64,000 nt of DNA from Flammeovirgaceae bacterium (lineage in GTDB: Bacteria; Bacteroidota; Bacteroidia; Cytophagales; Cyclobacteriaceae), in assembly GCA_020635915.1 (NCBI GenBank), contig JACJYU010000002.1:477608-541607 (forward strand), given 5' to 3'. A model generated the notes under the pieces. The model worked only from the letters and a program-made list of their open reading frames with translations, did no database searches and was not told where the DNA came from. Within the stretch, counting starts at the first letter, position 1, and each line of letters starts with the position of its first letter. Shown piece by piece: positions 1 through 8,362 of the stretch. The position numbers and the translations under genes are program-made.

Positions 1-96
1 CATCAGGAACCCCATACATGGCCCGGCACATCTATCCACGGCCAATCCTTGTTGATTACCACTTAAGGGGCAAGCGCAAATTTACCGACCTGCGCT

Positions 97-327
97 TTAA
101 TAGTCCCAGATAGTGCTCCTTCTCCGCAGGTGCCTTCTTATGTTCATCACAAAAGCCAGCACCAGGTAAAGGATCACGGGGGAGCCCAAAGTGAGAAAGG
201 AGGCATAAATAAAGAACAGCCTTATGCTGGAGGTGGCTATTCCCAGCTTTTCGCCAAGCCGGGTACATACCCCAAAAGCATATTTCTCAAAAAAGTGCTG
301 TATCCGTTTTATCCATTCGCCCATCAT
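97..327 (-). CDS. PspC-domain membrane protein
   Basis: The ORF 97..381 contains MGEWIKRIQHFFEKYAFGVCTRLGEKLGIATSSIRLFFIYASFLTLGSPVILYLVLAFV. This is the PspC-domain pattern (G-V-C..L...G......R..F) followed by a TM helix. I trimmed the start to the tandem ATG ATG at 327/324, because the 18 residues upstream look non-native. Confidence 0.75.
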   Translation of the reverse strand: MMGEWIKRIQHFFEKYAFGVCTRLGEKLGIATSSIRLFFIYASFLTLGSPVILYLVLAFVMNIRRHLRRRSTIWDY

Positions 328-484
328 AATTACCTCAAATTTTATGGAATAAACCACCCCGGTTTTTATAAACCAAACCATTTACCTGAGTAAACGGCCA
401 TTTATCGACATTAAGAACAACCCCACAAATATAAGGGGTTAAAACCCTACCCTGAGTGGCCAAAATCTTATTTTTTTGAGTATA

Positions 485-516
485 ATTGCAAAAAAATACC
501 TATAAACATACCTTTG
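485..516 (+). promoter_or_regulatory. Bacteroidota-type sigma-A promoter (-33 ATTG, N20, -7 TACCTTTG) for the 549..2321 gene
   Basis: TTG lies at 486-488 and TACCTTTG at 509-516. This matches the TTTG...TAnnTTTG consensus with a 20-nt spacer, 32 nt upstream of the ATG at 549. The ORF-track start at 486 is the -33 TTG itself. Confidence 0.45.
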
Positions 517-548
517 CAACTCGCTTGAAAAACTTTAAACAAAAATCC

Positions 549-2321
549 ATGAGAAAATTTGTGTACGCATTCCTGATCATCGGGACGTTGACCTTTACCG
601 GGTGTACGCTTCCCAGCATGATTAAGATGTCTAAGGAACAAAATTTAACAGTTACTCCGAACCCGTTAGAAGTTCATAAGGATACCGTTAGCTTTGAAAT
701 GGCAGCCAACCTGCCTGTCAAAATGTTGAAAAAAGGAACCTCCTACAACCTGAACACCTTCTACAAATATGGTGACAGCGAAGTGGCGATGGACCCCATC
801 ACATTCAAGGCCGAGGATTACCCTAATGCCAAAACGGAAGAGCCTAAGACGACCAAATCTTTCTCATTTCCCTACCAGCCGGCCTACAAGACGGGCACCC
901 TGGAAGTGGAGGGCGTAGCGGTCAAAGGAAGCAAGACCAAAACCACCCCCCGCCTTGCAGTGGCAACAGGTATAATCACCACTTCAAAACTGGTTCAAAA
1001 CTCCTACTACGCTGCCTATGCAGACCATGGGTACAACAACCAGGAAGAAATAATCCCCGTGATCATCCCTGATTTCATTTTCCAGCAGGGAAGGTCGGTG
1101 CTCCGCACCTCTGAAATCAGGAGCGACAAAGGAAAGCAACTGGATGCCTGGATCGCCTCCAAGAACGTGACCCGGACCGTGACCATCACCGGTACCCACT
1201 CCCCTGAAGGGGCCGAGCGCATCAACTCACGCTTGTCACAAGACCGTGCCGCGGCCATTGAAAAATACTACCGCGCACAGATGAAGAAATACGACTACCA
1301 GGGTATGGCCGATTCCATCAACTTCATCCTGAAGCCCATCGTGGAAGACTGGACCGAGTTCAAAACCGCCCTGGCCGCCTATGACGGCATCACCTCCGAT
1401 GAGAAGTCTGCCTACCTCAACATCGTCAACGATGGTGGCACTTTTGTGGAGCAAGAGAAACAATTGAGAAAACTCCCTACCTACCGCAAGGTGTTCAGGG
1501 ACATCTACCCTGGTTTGAGGACCGCAAAGACAGAGATCCTGACCATCAAGGAAAAGAAAACTGACGCTGAAATTTCGGTATTGGCCAAGCAAATCACACA
1601 AGGCCAGATGAAGGCCGACACCCTTTCTTTTGAAGAAATGATGTACGCGGCCACCCTTACCCCGTCCCTTGACGAAAAAGCCGCCATTTACACGGCTGCC
1701 ACCAAAAAAGGAAGCTACTGGAACGCACACAACAACCTGGGCGCAGTATACATTGCCATGGCAATGGCAGACAACTCCAAACTTGCCGATATGACAAGCA
1801 AGGCGGCCGCACAATTGGAAATTGCTGCCCGGATGAAAGATACCCCGGAGGTCAATGCCAACCTTGCCTCCGTTGCTTTAATGCAAGGCAACCCCTATAA
1901 AGCCGCCAGCTATGCCTCCAAGGCATTGAATGGTGCCCGCGGGGACGTGTCACGCGGTGTAAATGGCGTGAAAGGGGCTTGCGAAATCTACATGGCCAAG
2001 TATGCCGATGCGGTACGTTCCGAGTCATCCGCTTTGGACACTGATGTGAACCTGTTCAACAAGGGACTTGCCCAACTGCTGAACAAGGATTTCTCAAACG
2101 CATCCGCTTCCTTTGCCGAAGCGTCAAGGAAAAACAGCAATATGGCCATTGCCTACTACGGTGCCGCTGTGGCCGCAGCCCGTTCGGGGAATGCCGATGG
2201 CGTGGCCGCCAGCCTTGCCAGTGCTGTAAAGCTTGACCCAAGCCTGAAAGACAAGGCCTTGACAGACCTTGAGTTTACGGCATTTGCCACTACGGACGCC
2301 TTTAGGAATGCATTGAAGTAA
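549..2321 (+). CDS. Lipoprotein with a degenerate OmpA-like peptidoglycan-binding segment and C-terminal TPR-like repeats
   Basis: MRKFVYAFLIIGTLTFTGC is a signal peptide with a lipobox. GTHSPEGAERINSRLSQDRAAAIEKYY fits the OmpA_C pattern (G-x-x-D/S-x-x-G-x4-N-x2-LS-x2-RA-x2-V/I). The C-terminal ~200 aa are Ala-rich helical repeats (NLGAVYIAM, NLASVALMQG, AIAYYGAAVAAA). Confidence 0.7.
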   Translation: MRKFVYAFLIIGTLTFTGCTLPSMIKMSKEQNLTVTPNPLEVHKDTVSFEMAANLPVKMLKKGTSYNLNTFYKYGDSEVAMDPITFKAEDYPNAKTEEPKTTKSFSFPYQPAYKTGTLEVEGVAVKGSKTKTTPRLAVATGIITTSKLVQNSYYAAYADHGYNNQEEIIPVIIPDFIFQQGRSVLRTSEIRSDKGKQLDAWIASKNVTRTVTITGTHSPEGAERINSRLSQDRAAAIEKYYRAQMKKYDYQGMADSINFILKPIVEDWTEFKTALAAYDGITSDEKSAYLNIVNDGGTFVEQEKQLRKLPTYRKVFRDIYPGLRTAKTEILTIKEKKTDAEISVLAKQITQGQMKADTLSFEEMMYAATLTPSLDEKAAIYTAATKKGSYWNAHNNLGAVYIAMAMADNSKLADMTSKAAAQLEIAARMKDTPEVNANLASVALMQGNPYKAASYASKALNGARGDVSRGVNGVKGACEIYMAKYADAVRSESSALDTDVNLFNKGLAQLLNKDFSNASASFAEASRKNSNMAIAYYGAAVAAARSGNADGVAASLASAVKLDPSLKDKALTDLEFTAFATTDAFRNALK

Positions 2322-2341
2322 TTTGGTACATAATTCCACAA

Positions 2342-2377
2342 AAAACCCTTCCTGCTGTTCAGGAGGGGTTTTTTATT
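2342..2377 (+). terminator. Rho-independent terminator after the 549..2321 gene
   Basis: AAAACCCTTCCTG-CTGTT-CAGGAGGGGTTTTTTATT forms a 9-bp GC-rich stem (one G:U) with a 5-nt loop and a T6 tract, 21 nt after the stop codon. Confidence 0.8.
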
Positions 2378-2496
2378 GCCTGCCGTTGATAGAAAATAAC
2401 CCACTACCGTCATCCAATTCCCACGTAATGATTATTTTTACGCACCCCTCCCACAGGGGGCATTGGTATAAACATTAAACATATTGTAAGGACGCC

Positions 2497-3477
2497 ATGA
2501 GGGAAATACAGTTTAGGGAAGCTTTGCGCGAAGCAATGAGTGAAGAGATGAGAAGGGACAAAAATGTATTTCTCATGGGGGAAGAAGTGGCCGAATACAA
2601 TGGAGCTTACAAAGTAAGCCAGGGCATGCTGGAAGAATTTGGCGCCACCAGGGTCATTGACACGCCAATCGCTGAATTGGGCTTTGCCGGGGTAGGCGTG
2701 GGCGCGGCCATGAACGGCACGCGGCCCATCATTGAATTTATGACCTTTAACTTCTCCCTGGTGGCCATCGACCAGGTGATCAACGCGGCCGCCAAAATGA
2801 TGTCCATGTCCGGGGGCCAGTTCAATATTCCCATGGTGTTCAGGGGCCCGACCGGAAATGCGGGCATGCTCAGTTCGCAACATTCACAAAACTTTGAAAG
2901 TTGGTACGCCAACTGCCCAGGGCTTAAAGTGGTTATCCCTTCAAACCCGTATGATGCCAAAGGATTGCTCAAAACGGCCATTCGGGACGATGACCCCGTC
3001 ATCTTCATGGAATCGGAATTGATGTATGGCGACAAGGGCGAAGTGCCTGAAGAAGAGTACCTGATCCCCATAGGGTCTGCGAAAGTGGTAAGGGAGGGCA
3101 CCGATGTGACCATCGTTTCCTTTGGAAAGTTCATGAAAGTGGCATTGGCCACAGCAGAAGAATTGCAAAAGGAAGATATTTCTGCCGAAGTCATTGACCT
3201 TAGGTCGGTGCGCCCCATCGACTACGGTACGGTGGTGGAATCGGTGAAAAAGACAAACAGGCTGGTGATAATAGAAGAAGCGTGGCCCCTGGCCGCCATC
3301 TCCTCGGAGATTACCTACCATATCCAAAAATATGCCTTCGATTACCTGGATGCCCCTATCCACAGGATCAACAGCCTTGACGTGCCTCTGCCCTATGCAC
3401 CTACCCTGATCGATGCCATACTGCCCAACGTGGAGAGGGGCGTGCGTGCCGTAAAAGCGGTAATGTACAGGGATTGA
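2497..3477 (+). CDS. pdhB: Pyruvate/2-oxoacid dehydrogenase E1 component beta subunit
   Basis: 326 aa. MREIQFREALREAMSEEM..VFLMGEEV..YKVSQGMLEEFG..RVIDTPIAELGFAGVGVGAA is the canonical E1-beta N-terminus. No E1-alpha gene is adjacent. Confidence 0.9.
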   Translation: MREIQFREALREAMSEEMRRDKNVFLMGEEVAEYNGAYKVSQGMLEEFGATRVIDTPIAELGFAGVGVGAAMNGTRPIIEFMTFNFSLVAIDQVINAAAKMMSMSGGQFNIPMVFRGPTGNAGMLSSQHSQNFESWYANCPGLKVVIPSNPYDAKGLLKTAIRDDDPVIFMESELMYGDKGEVPEEEYLIPIGSAKVVREGTDVTIVSFGKFMKVALATAEELQKEDISAEVIDLRSVRPIDYGTVVESVKKTNRLVIIEEAWPLAAISSEITYHIQKYAFDYLDAPIHRINSLDVPLPYAPTLIDAILPNVERGVRAVKAVMYRD

Positions 3478-3478
3478 C

Positions 3479-4333
3479 TTATCCCTGGTGGTAAGTAAGC
3501 AACAACCTCCAGGCAGCCTCTACCTTCCCGTTGCGCAACAATTGCTGCGCCTGTGCATGGACCTCATTTGTGCCCCCATATTCCATCACCTCGTCAAGTG
3601 TGCCTTTTGCAGGTAGCTGCACAACATTGCCCAACATGCCCAGGTCGTTGCCGGTAAGGATTTTGCTGTTGCGGATGGCCTGGGGGATCTGATCGACACC
3701 AATGCCCTTGGTGGCCAACGGCTTGGGGACCTTGAACAGGGAGGTGCCGCTGGCCCTGCAATAATAATCACCGCCCATCCTGGCCACCGCATCAAGCTTC
3801 TGCGGGTCTACCCTGCCCTCCTCATCCAGTATTCCCTCTTTGATGTGCGCCAGCAACACCTCACATATCATCAGGTTTCCCGCACCGCCATCCTTGCCCA
3901 GCTCGATTACCTGGTTGACTTTGCATTCAAAGGATGCAGGAGACTCCCCCACCCTCGGAGGGCTTACCCTTAACGATGGCACGGGCGTTAATCCTGACTT
4001 GACAAACTCGTTAACGCCCCGGTCATACTCCGTGCTGGCCAGAGAGGCTTGCTGCACCATATCATGGTTTACTATATTGATGACCACCTCCGGGACTACC
4101 TTCAAATTCTCGTATGTGTGTTTGGTGGTATTGTCACGCCCCCTTCTCGCGGGGGAAAAAACCATGATGGGCGGGTTGGCACTAAACACGTTGAAAAAAC
4201 TGAAAGGGCTCAAGTTGATGTTCCCCTCCAAATCGACAGTGCTAGCAAATGCAATAGGCCTGGGGGCCACCGTCCCGAGCAGGTAGCCGTGCATTTTTGG
4301 CACAGGCACTTCTTTTGGATCAATCGTTAACAT
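3479..4333 (-). CDS. Flavin reductase-like domain protein
   Basis: 284 aa. GTVAPRPIAFASTVDLEGNINLSPFSFFNVFSANPPIMVFS is typical of the flavin-reductase-like FMN-binding split barrel. Confidence 0.8.
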   Translation of the reverse strand: MLTIDPKEVPVPKMHGYLLGTVAPRPIAFASTVDLEGNINLSPFSFFNVFSANPPIMVFSPARRGRDNTTKHTYENLKVVPEVVINIVNHDMVQQASLASTEYDRGVNEFVKSGLTPVPSLRVSPPRVGESPASFECKVNQVIELGKDGGAGNLMICEVLLAHIKEGILDEEGRVDPQKLDAVARMGGDYYCRASGTSLFKVPKPLATKGIGVDQIPQAIRNSKILTGNDLGMLGNVVQLPAKGTLDEVMEYGGTNEVHAQAQQLLRNGKVEAAWRLLLTYHQG

Positions 4334-4345
4334 TGCTCTTTGATA

Positions 4346-5614
4346 TTATGTCGCTGGCAAAACTTTTCCTGTGCAGTTTCCAAACCCTATCCTTACCCCG
4401 TCTTTTTCCGCGGCCGCTTTCATGGTTACCGTGTCGCCATCTTCAATAAACTTCCTTTCGGAACCATCCTTGAGTGTGACCGGGGTTTTGCCGTTCCAGG
4501 TGATTTCCAACATTGATCCATACGACCCCTTGTCAGGGCCACTAATGGTACCTGACGCATACAAGTCGCCCACCCGCAGGTTGCATCCGTTTACGGTATG
4601 GTGCGCCAACTGCTGGCACATGTTCCAATACAAATATTTAAAATTTGACCTGGAGACCACTGTAGCATTTTCCCCCTCGCCTATGGCCACCTCCAAGGCG
4701 ATGTCGTAGTTTTTTTTACCCTCATAGGCCAGGTAGGGCAACACCTCCGGGCTTTGCGTGGGGCCTGCCACCCTGAAGGGCTCCAGGGCGTCCAAGGTAA
4801 CGATCCATGGCGAAATGGTGGAAGCAAAGTTCTTTGCCAGAAACGGGCCAAGCGGTACGTACTCCCAGGTTTGGATGTCCCTGGCCGACCAATCATTAAA
4901 AAGCACCAGGCCAAAAATATTGTTTTCCGCTTCCCCTGTGGGCACGGACGAGCCCAGTGCGGTGTTGGCACAGGTGACGAAGGCCATCTCCAGTTCAAAG
5001 TCCAGCTTTTTGCACGGACCAAAAACGGGGGCAGGGGCATCAGGGGGTTTTAATTGGCCTTTTGGCCGATGAATGCCCGTGCCCGACACCACTATGGACG
5101 AAGCACGTCCATGGTACCCTACAGGCAAATGTTTCCAATTGGGCAACAAGGCATTTTTAGGGTCCCGAAACATGGTCCCTACATTGGTGGCGTGCTCCTC
5201 ACTGCTATAAAAATCGGTGTAATTGGGAATGTCCACGGGCATCCCCATCTCCACTTCGTCCATAGGCACCAATGCGATCTCGCGAGCGGCCTTATTGTTT
5301 TTCAGTTCGTTATTATCACTTTGGAGCAACTCCGAGACACGTTCCCTCACTTTCCCGCATTTTTTCCTGCCCAACCCGATAAAGGAGTTGAGGTACTGCT
5401 GGTTGAAAATACCCGGGGGCAGCCCCAGGCCATCGAAAAAACCATTTTCGTATAGGTACACCAAGTCGAGCACATGGTTGCCAATGGCCACACCGGCCAC
5501 GGACGTAAGGTATTGGGTCTTGAATATCCCAAACGGCAGGTTTTGAATGGGAAAATCGGAACCTGCCGGCACATCGACCCAGCTCTTTAATTTTGGGTTG
5601 TTCGCTTTGCTCAT
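4346..5614 (-). CDS. fahA: Fumarylacetoacetase
   Basis: 422 aa. N-terminal SWV..GSDFPIQNLPFGIF, then GYHGRASSIVVSG, DFELEMAF and WEYVPLGPF are FAH family hallmarks. Confidence 0.9.
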   Translation of the reverse strand: MSKANNPKLKSWVDVPAGSDFPIQNLPFGIFKTQYLTSVAGVAIGNHVLDLVYLYENGFFDGLGLPPGIFNQQYLNSFIGLGRKKCGKVRERVSELLQSDNNELKNNKAAREIALVPMDEVEMGMPVDIPNYTDFYSSEEHATNVGTMFRDPKNALLPNWKHLPVGYHGRASSIVVSGTGIHRPKGQLKPPDAPAPVFGPCKKLDFELEMAFVTCANTALGSSVPTGEAENNIFGLVLFNDWSARDIQTWEYVPLGPFLAKNFASTISPWIVTLDALEPFRVAGPTQSPEVLPYLAYEGKKNYDIALEVAIGEGENATVVSRSNFKYLYWNMCQQLAHHTVNGCNLRVGDLYASGTISGPDKGSYGSMLEITWNGKTPVTLKDGSERKFIEDGDTVTMKAAAEKDGVRIGFGNCTGKVLPAT

Positions 5615-5693
5615 CTATGCTTTTATTATGTCAAAAATAATTTACGGCCGGCATAGGCCCTTCAATCCCTGGCACTTTTTGTTATCTTGATGC

Positions 5694-7052
5694 GTGCTTC
5701 CCCCATTGCTCATACCGGATGAATTCCAAAAGATAGTAAAAGGCCTTCTCGGAAACGAATCAGACGAATTTTTTAAGTCTTTGCTCGCCCCTCCGCCCCC
5801 GGGCATACGCCTCAATCCCCAAAAAAAATTCCAAGCTGAAAACGCCTCTCCTATTCCATGGGCACAACATGGGAAATACCTGAAAGAAAGGCCTGTATAT
5901 ACCCTGGACCCTGCCCTTCATGCTGGCGCCTACTACGTGCAGGAGCCCAGCTCCATGTTCCTGGAGCAGGCCGTCATCCATTCTTTGGACCTGGGGCAGC
6001 CCCTTACCGTGCTGGACCTATGTGCGGCACCAGGCGGAAAATCAACTCACCTTCTGTCGTTGCTTTCGCCTGATAGTTTGCTTGTCTGCAATGAGGCCAT
6101 TCGGTCGCGTGCCTCGGTTTTATCCGAGAACATTCAAAAGTGGGGGCATGCCAATGCCCTGGTGTGCAGCAACGATCCTTCGCGTTTCCCCCACCTCCAG
6201 GGGCTATTTGATTTGGTGGTAGTGGATGCCCCCTGCTCGGGCGAAGGTTTGTTTCGAAAAGACAATGAGGCCCTGCGCGAATGGTCCCCTGCCCATGTGG
6301 AGTTGTGCGCATTGCGCCAACGTAGGATCCTTAAAGAAGTGTGGCCCGCCTTAAAGGAAAATGGCATTCTTGTTTTTTGCACCTGCACCTACAATGCCCT
6401 TGAGGATGAAGGGACAATGGAGTGGCTAGGCCAGGCTGGTGACTGTGAGTTCATGTCCATTCCATTAAAGAAGGAATGGGGCATAGTCGAAACCAAAAGC
6501 AAAAACACGGTTGGCTATCGCTTCTATCCCCATAAAGTCAAAGGGGAGGGTTTTTTCCTATCTGTTGTGCGGAAAAAAGGGAGGCAGGACAAAGTGCGTT
6601 TCCACAACAAGGAAGCCTTGGGCGAAAGGTGCAAAAGGGAGGAAATAAAATCCTGGCTGACGGGCCCAATGCCCTTCCGTTATGTGGTCAACAAAGGCTT
6701 GGCCATAGCCGTGCCCGAGGCCATCCATGAGGTAGCAAATGGCTTGGCGGAAATGCTGAACATCGTCCATTTTGGCATCCCAATGGCCACGGACAAACGC
6801 GGGAAACTAGTGCCCCAACACAGTGCGGCCATGTCGGTGCACCTGAACAAGGAAAATTTTGCCTGCTATGAATTGTCGCGGGCACAGGCCATCGGTTACC
6901 TTCGGAAGGAGCCGCTGGAAATAAACCATAGTGAAAAAGGCTTTGCCCTTTTCACCTATGATGGCAACCCATTGGGATGGGCAAACCTACTGCCCCACCG
7001 CATCAACAACCTCTATCCCTCAAACTGGAGGATAAGGATGATGCCCCGCTAA
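5694..7052 (+). CDS. RsmB/RsmF-family SAM-dependent RNA cytosine-C5 methyltransferase
   Basis: VLDLCAAPGGKSTHL (SAM motif I), VVVDAPCSGEGLFRK (catalytic Cys motif IV) and FCTCTYN (motif VI). The start is GTG at 5694, with no in-frame ATG nearby. Confidence 0.85.
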   Translation: MLPPLLIPDEFQKIVKGLLGNESDEFFKSLLAPPPPGIRLNPQKKFQAENASPIPWAQHGKYLKERPVYTLDPALHAGAYYVQEPSSMFLEQAVIHSLDLGQPLTVLDLCAAPGGKSTHLLSLLSPDSLLVCNEAIRSRASVLSENIQKWGHANALVCSNDPSRFPHLQGLFDLVVVDAPCSGEGLFRKDNEALREWSPAHVELCALRQRRILKEVWPALKENGILVFCTCTYNALEDEGTMEWLGQAGDCEFMSIPLKKEWGIVETKSKNTVGYRFYPHKVKGEGFFLSVVRKKGRQDKVRFHNKEALGERCKREEIKSWLTGPMPFRYVVNKGLAIAVPEAIHEVANGLAEMLNIVHFGIPMATDKRGKLVPQHSAAMSVHLNKENFACYELSRAQAIGYLRKEPLEINHSEKGFALFTYDGNPLGWANLLPHRINNLYPSNWRIRMMPR

Positions 7053-7055
7053 GGG

Positions 7056-8186
7056 TCAATATGCCAGCACGGCTTCTATTATTCCATCCGGCAAGGCCAC
7101 GCCACTGAAAAATATCCCAACGCAAAATACTTTTTCATAGTAGTTGGATTTTTGAATGGCGAGTGGCAACGAACTTACCGACAACACGGTGAAAGAGAGC
7201 GAAAAGACCAGGACCATTATGGCCACCACCCAGGTGACAGGATAAACCAGGACCACCGCCATGGCAAGCAGTGAAACCCATGCGCTAACATTGAACGAAC
7301 GCTGAAGCCCGTATTGGCTCACCTTAGCGCTTACAGGGAGGGAAACAATGGCAGACACCACCAGCACCATTACCAAAATGACATTGCCATGGATGCCATT
7401 GAACAAAGGTGCCAGGCTCTTCTCCAGGATATTGGGGAAAATATTGAATAGAATAGTGGTGGCAAGCCCCAGCACCATGCCCATAATAAATATCGAGCGG
7501 TACTGCGACCGCTGGGTGTCCAATTGAAAGGACGCCATCGGCTTGGCTTCGTTCCCACCGCTCAGTTTAAACAGCCCCAGCGAGTTTTTGCGCAACGCAT
7601 AACCACTCAAAAAAGTTATTATCCCCCCTGCCATAAACGTAATCGGGGCCCCGAGGTAATCAATAATGTCAACAATTACGGGCTCCAACGAATACACCAG
7701 GTTGGCCACAATGGTAAGTACCGCCATTGCCTTTGGCAATTTTTCCACTGGCGTAAACAATTCCAGGGTAGACAGCGCGGGGCTGGTGAATATGCTCATG
7801 GCCACCAGCCAGGCCACAATCAGTACCGGCAATATCCATTTAAAAACCTCCCCGGGGCTACTGAAGAGGGTAAAAGCCACGGCCATAAATACCATGGCGG
7901 CAAAACTTATCCCTGAACTGATGATTGGGAGGCGGTGGCCGTTCTTAAACCTAAACCGGTCCCCCAACTTTCCGGCATAAAGGGGCGTAAGCACCAGGAT
8001 AAAGCCCTGGGCCACGTACAACAAAAAACCAAAACCAGGCAGTTGGAACTGGACCAAAAGCTTTGGCTGGTAGTTTTCGTACGCAATCCACCCGATGATG
8101 ATCGATCCATAAAGGGAAGCCAAGCTCCAAAGTTGCTTCCATTGTATGTTTTCCAGTGCCTGTGTGTCGGAAGGTCCTGATTTCAT
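7056..8186 (-). CDS. MFS-type transporter
   Basis: 376 aa, about 11-12 hydrophobic helices, with a GKLGDRFRFKNGHR loop between TM2 and TM3 (MFS motif A-like). Confidence 0.7.
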   Translation of the reverse strand: MKSGPSDTQALENIQWKQLWSLASLYGSIIIGWIAYENYQPKLLVQFQLPGFGFLLYVAQGFILVLTPLYAGKLGDRFRFKNGHRLPIISSGISFAAMVFMAVAFTLFSSPGEVFKWILPVLIVAWLVAMSIFTSPALSTLELFTPVEKLPKAMAVLTIVANLVYSLEPVIVDIIDYLGAPITFMAGGIITFLSGYALRKNSLGLFKLSGGNEAKPMASFQLDTQRSQYRSIFIMGMVLGLATTILFNIFPNILEKSLAPLFNGIHGNVILVMVLVVSAIVSLPVSAKVSQYGLQRSFNVSAWVSLLAMAVVLVYPVTWVVAIMVLVFSLSFTVLSVSSLPLAIQKSNYYEKVFCVGIFFSGVALPDGIIEAVLAY

Positions 8187-8326
8187 GCCTTAATCAATTA
8201 TTTTAAAATTAAACCTCCCCTGCAGGCCGCACAAATGCTGGCGGGGTGGTTTTTGAAAATAGGCACAAGCCATGCCCACCAGCGTGCATTTCAATGGCCA
8301 AGCGCCCCAAATAGGCACATTTTTTC

Positions 8327-8334
8327 TATTTTTG
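8327..8334 (+). promoter_or_regulatory. Candidate -7 element (TATTTTTG) for valS
   Basis: It matches TAnnTTTG 29 nt upstream of the valS ATG. No good -33 TTTG lies at the expected spacing. Confidence 0.3.
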
Positions 8335-8362
8335 CTGCTCAATTTAACCACCATTTCCCTAA

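Noticed and set aside
1-66. A possible 3' end of a plus-strand gene (frame 1 is open from the window edge to the TAA at 64-66), and a stem AAGCGCA/TGCGCTT at 72-97.
   Set aside because: Only 21 codons are visible with no recognisable motif, and the hairpin lacks a T tract. I cannot support a feature call.
56-393. ORFs 56..268(-) and 130..393(+), which overlap the PspC-domain gene.
   Set aside because: They are out-of-frame or antisense to a recognisable PspC-domain ORF and show no motifs.
486-548. The ORF-track start at 486 for the 611-aa ORF.
   Set aside because: Position 486 is the TTG of a predicted -33 promoter box. The signal peptide and lipobox begin at the ATG at 549.
8221-8256. A hairpin plus T-run, CCTCCCC...GGGGTGGTTTTTG, resembling a plus-strand terminator.
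   Set aside because: No plus-strand gene lies upstream of it, because the MFS gene is on the minus strand and diverges from here. The stem is also interrupted.
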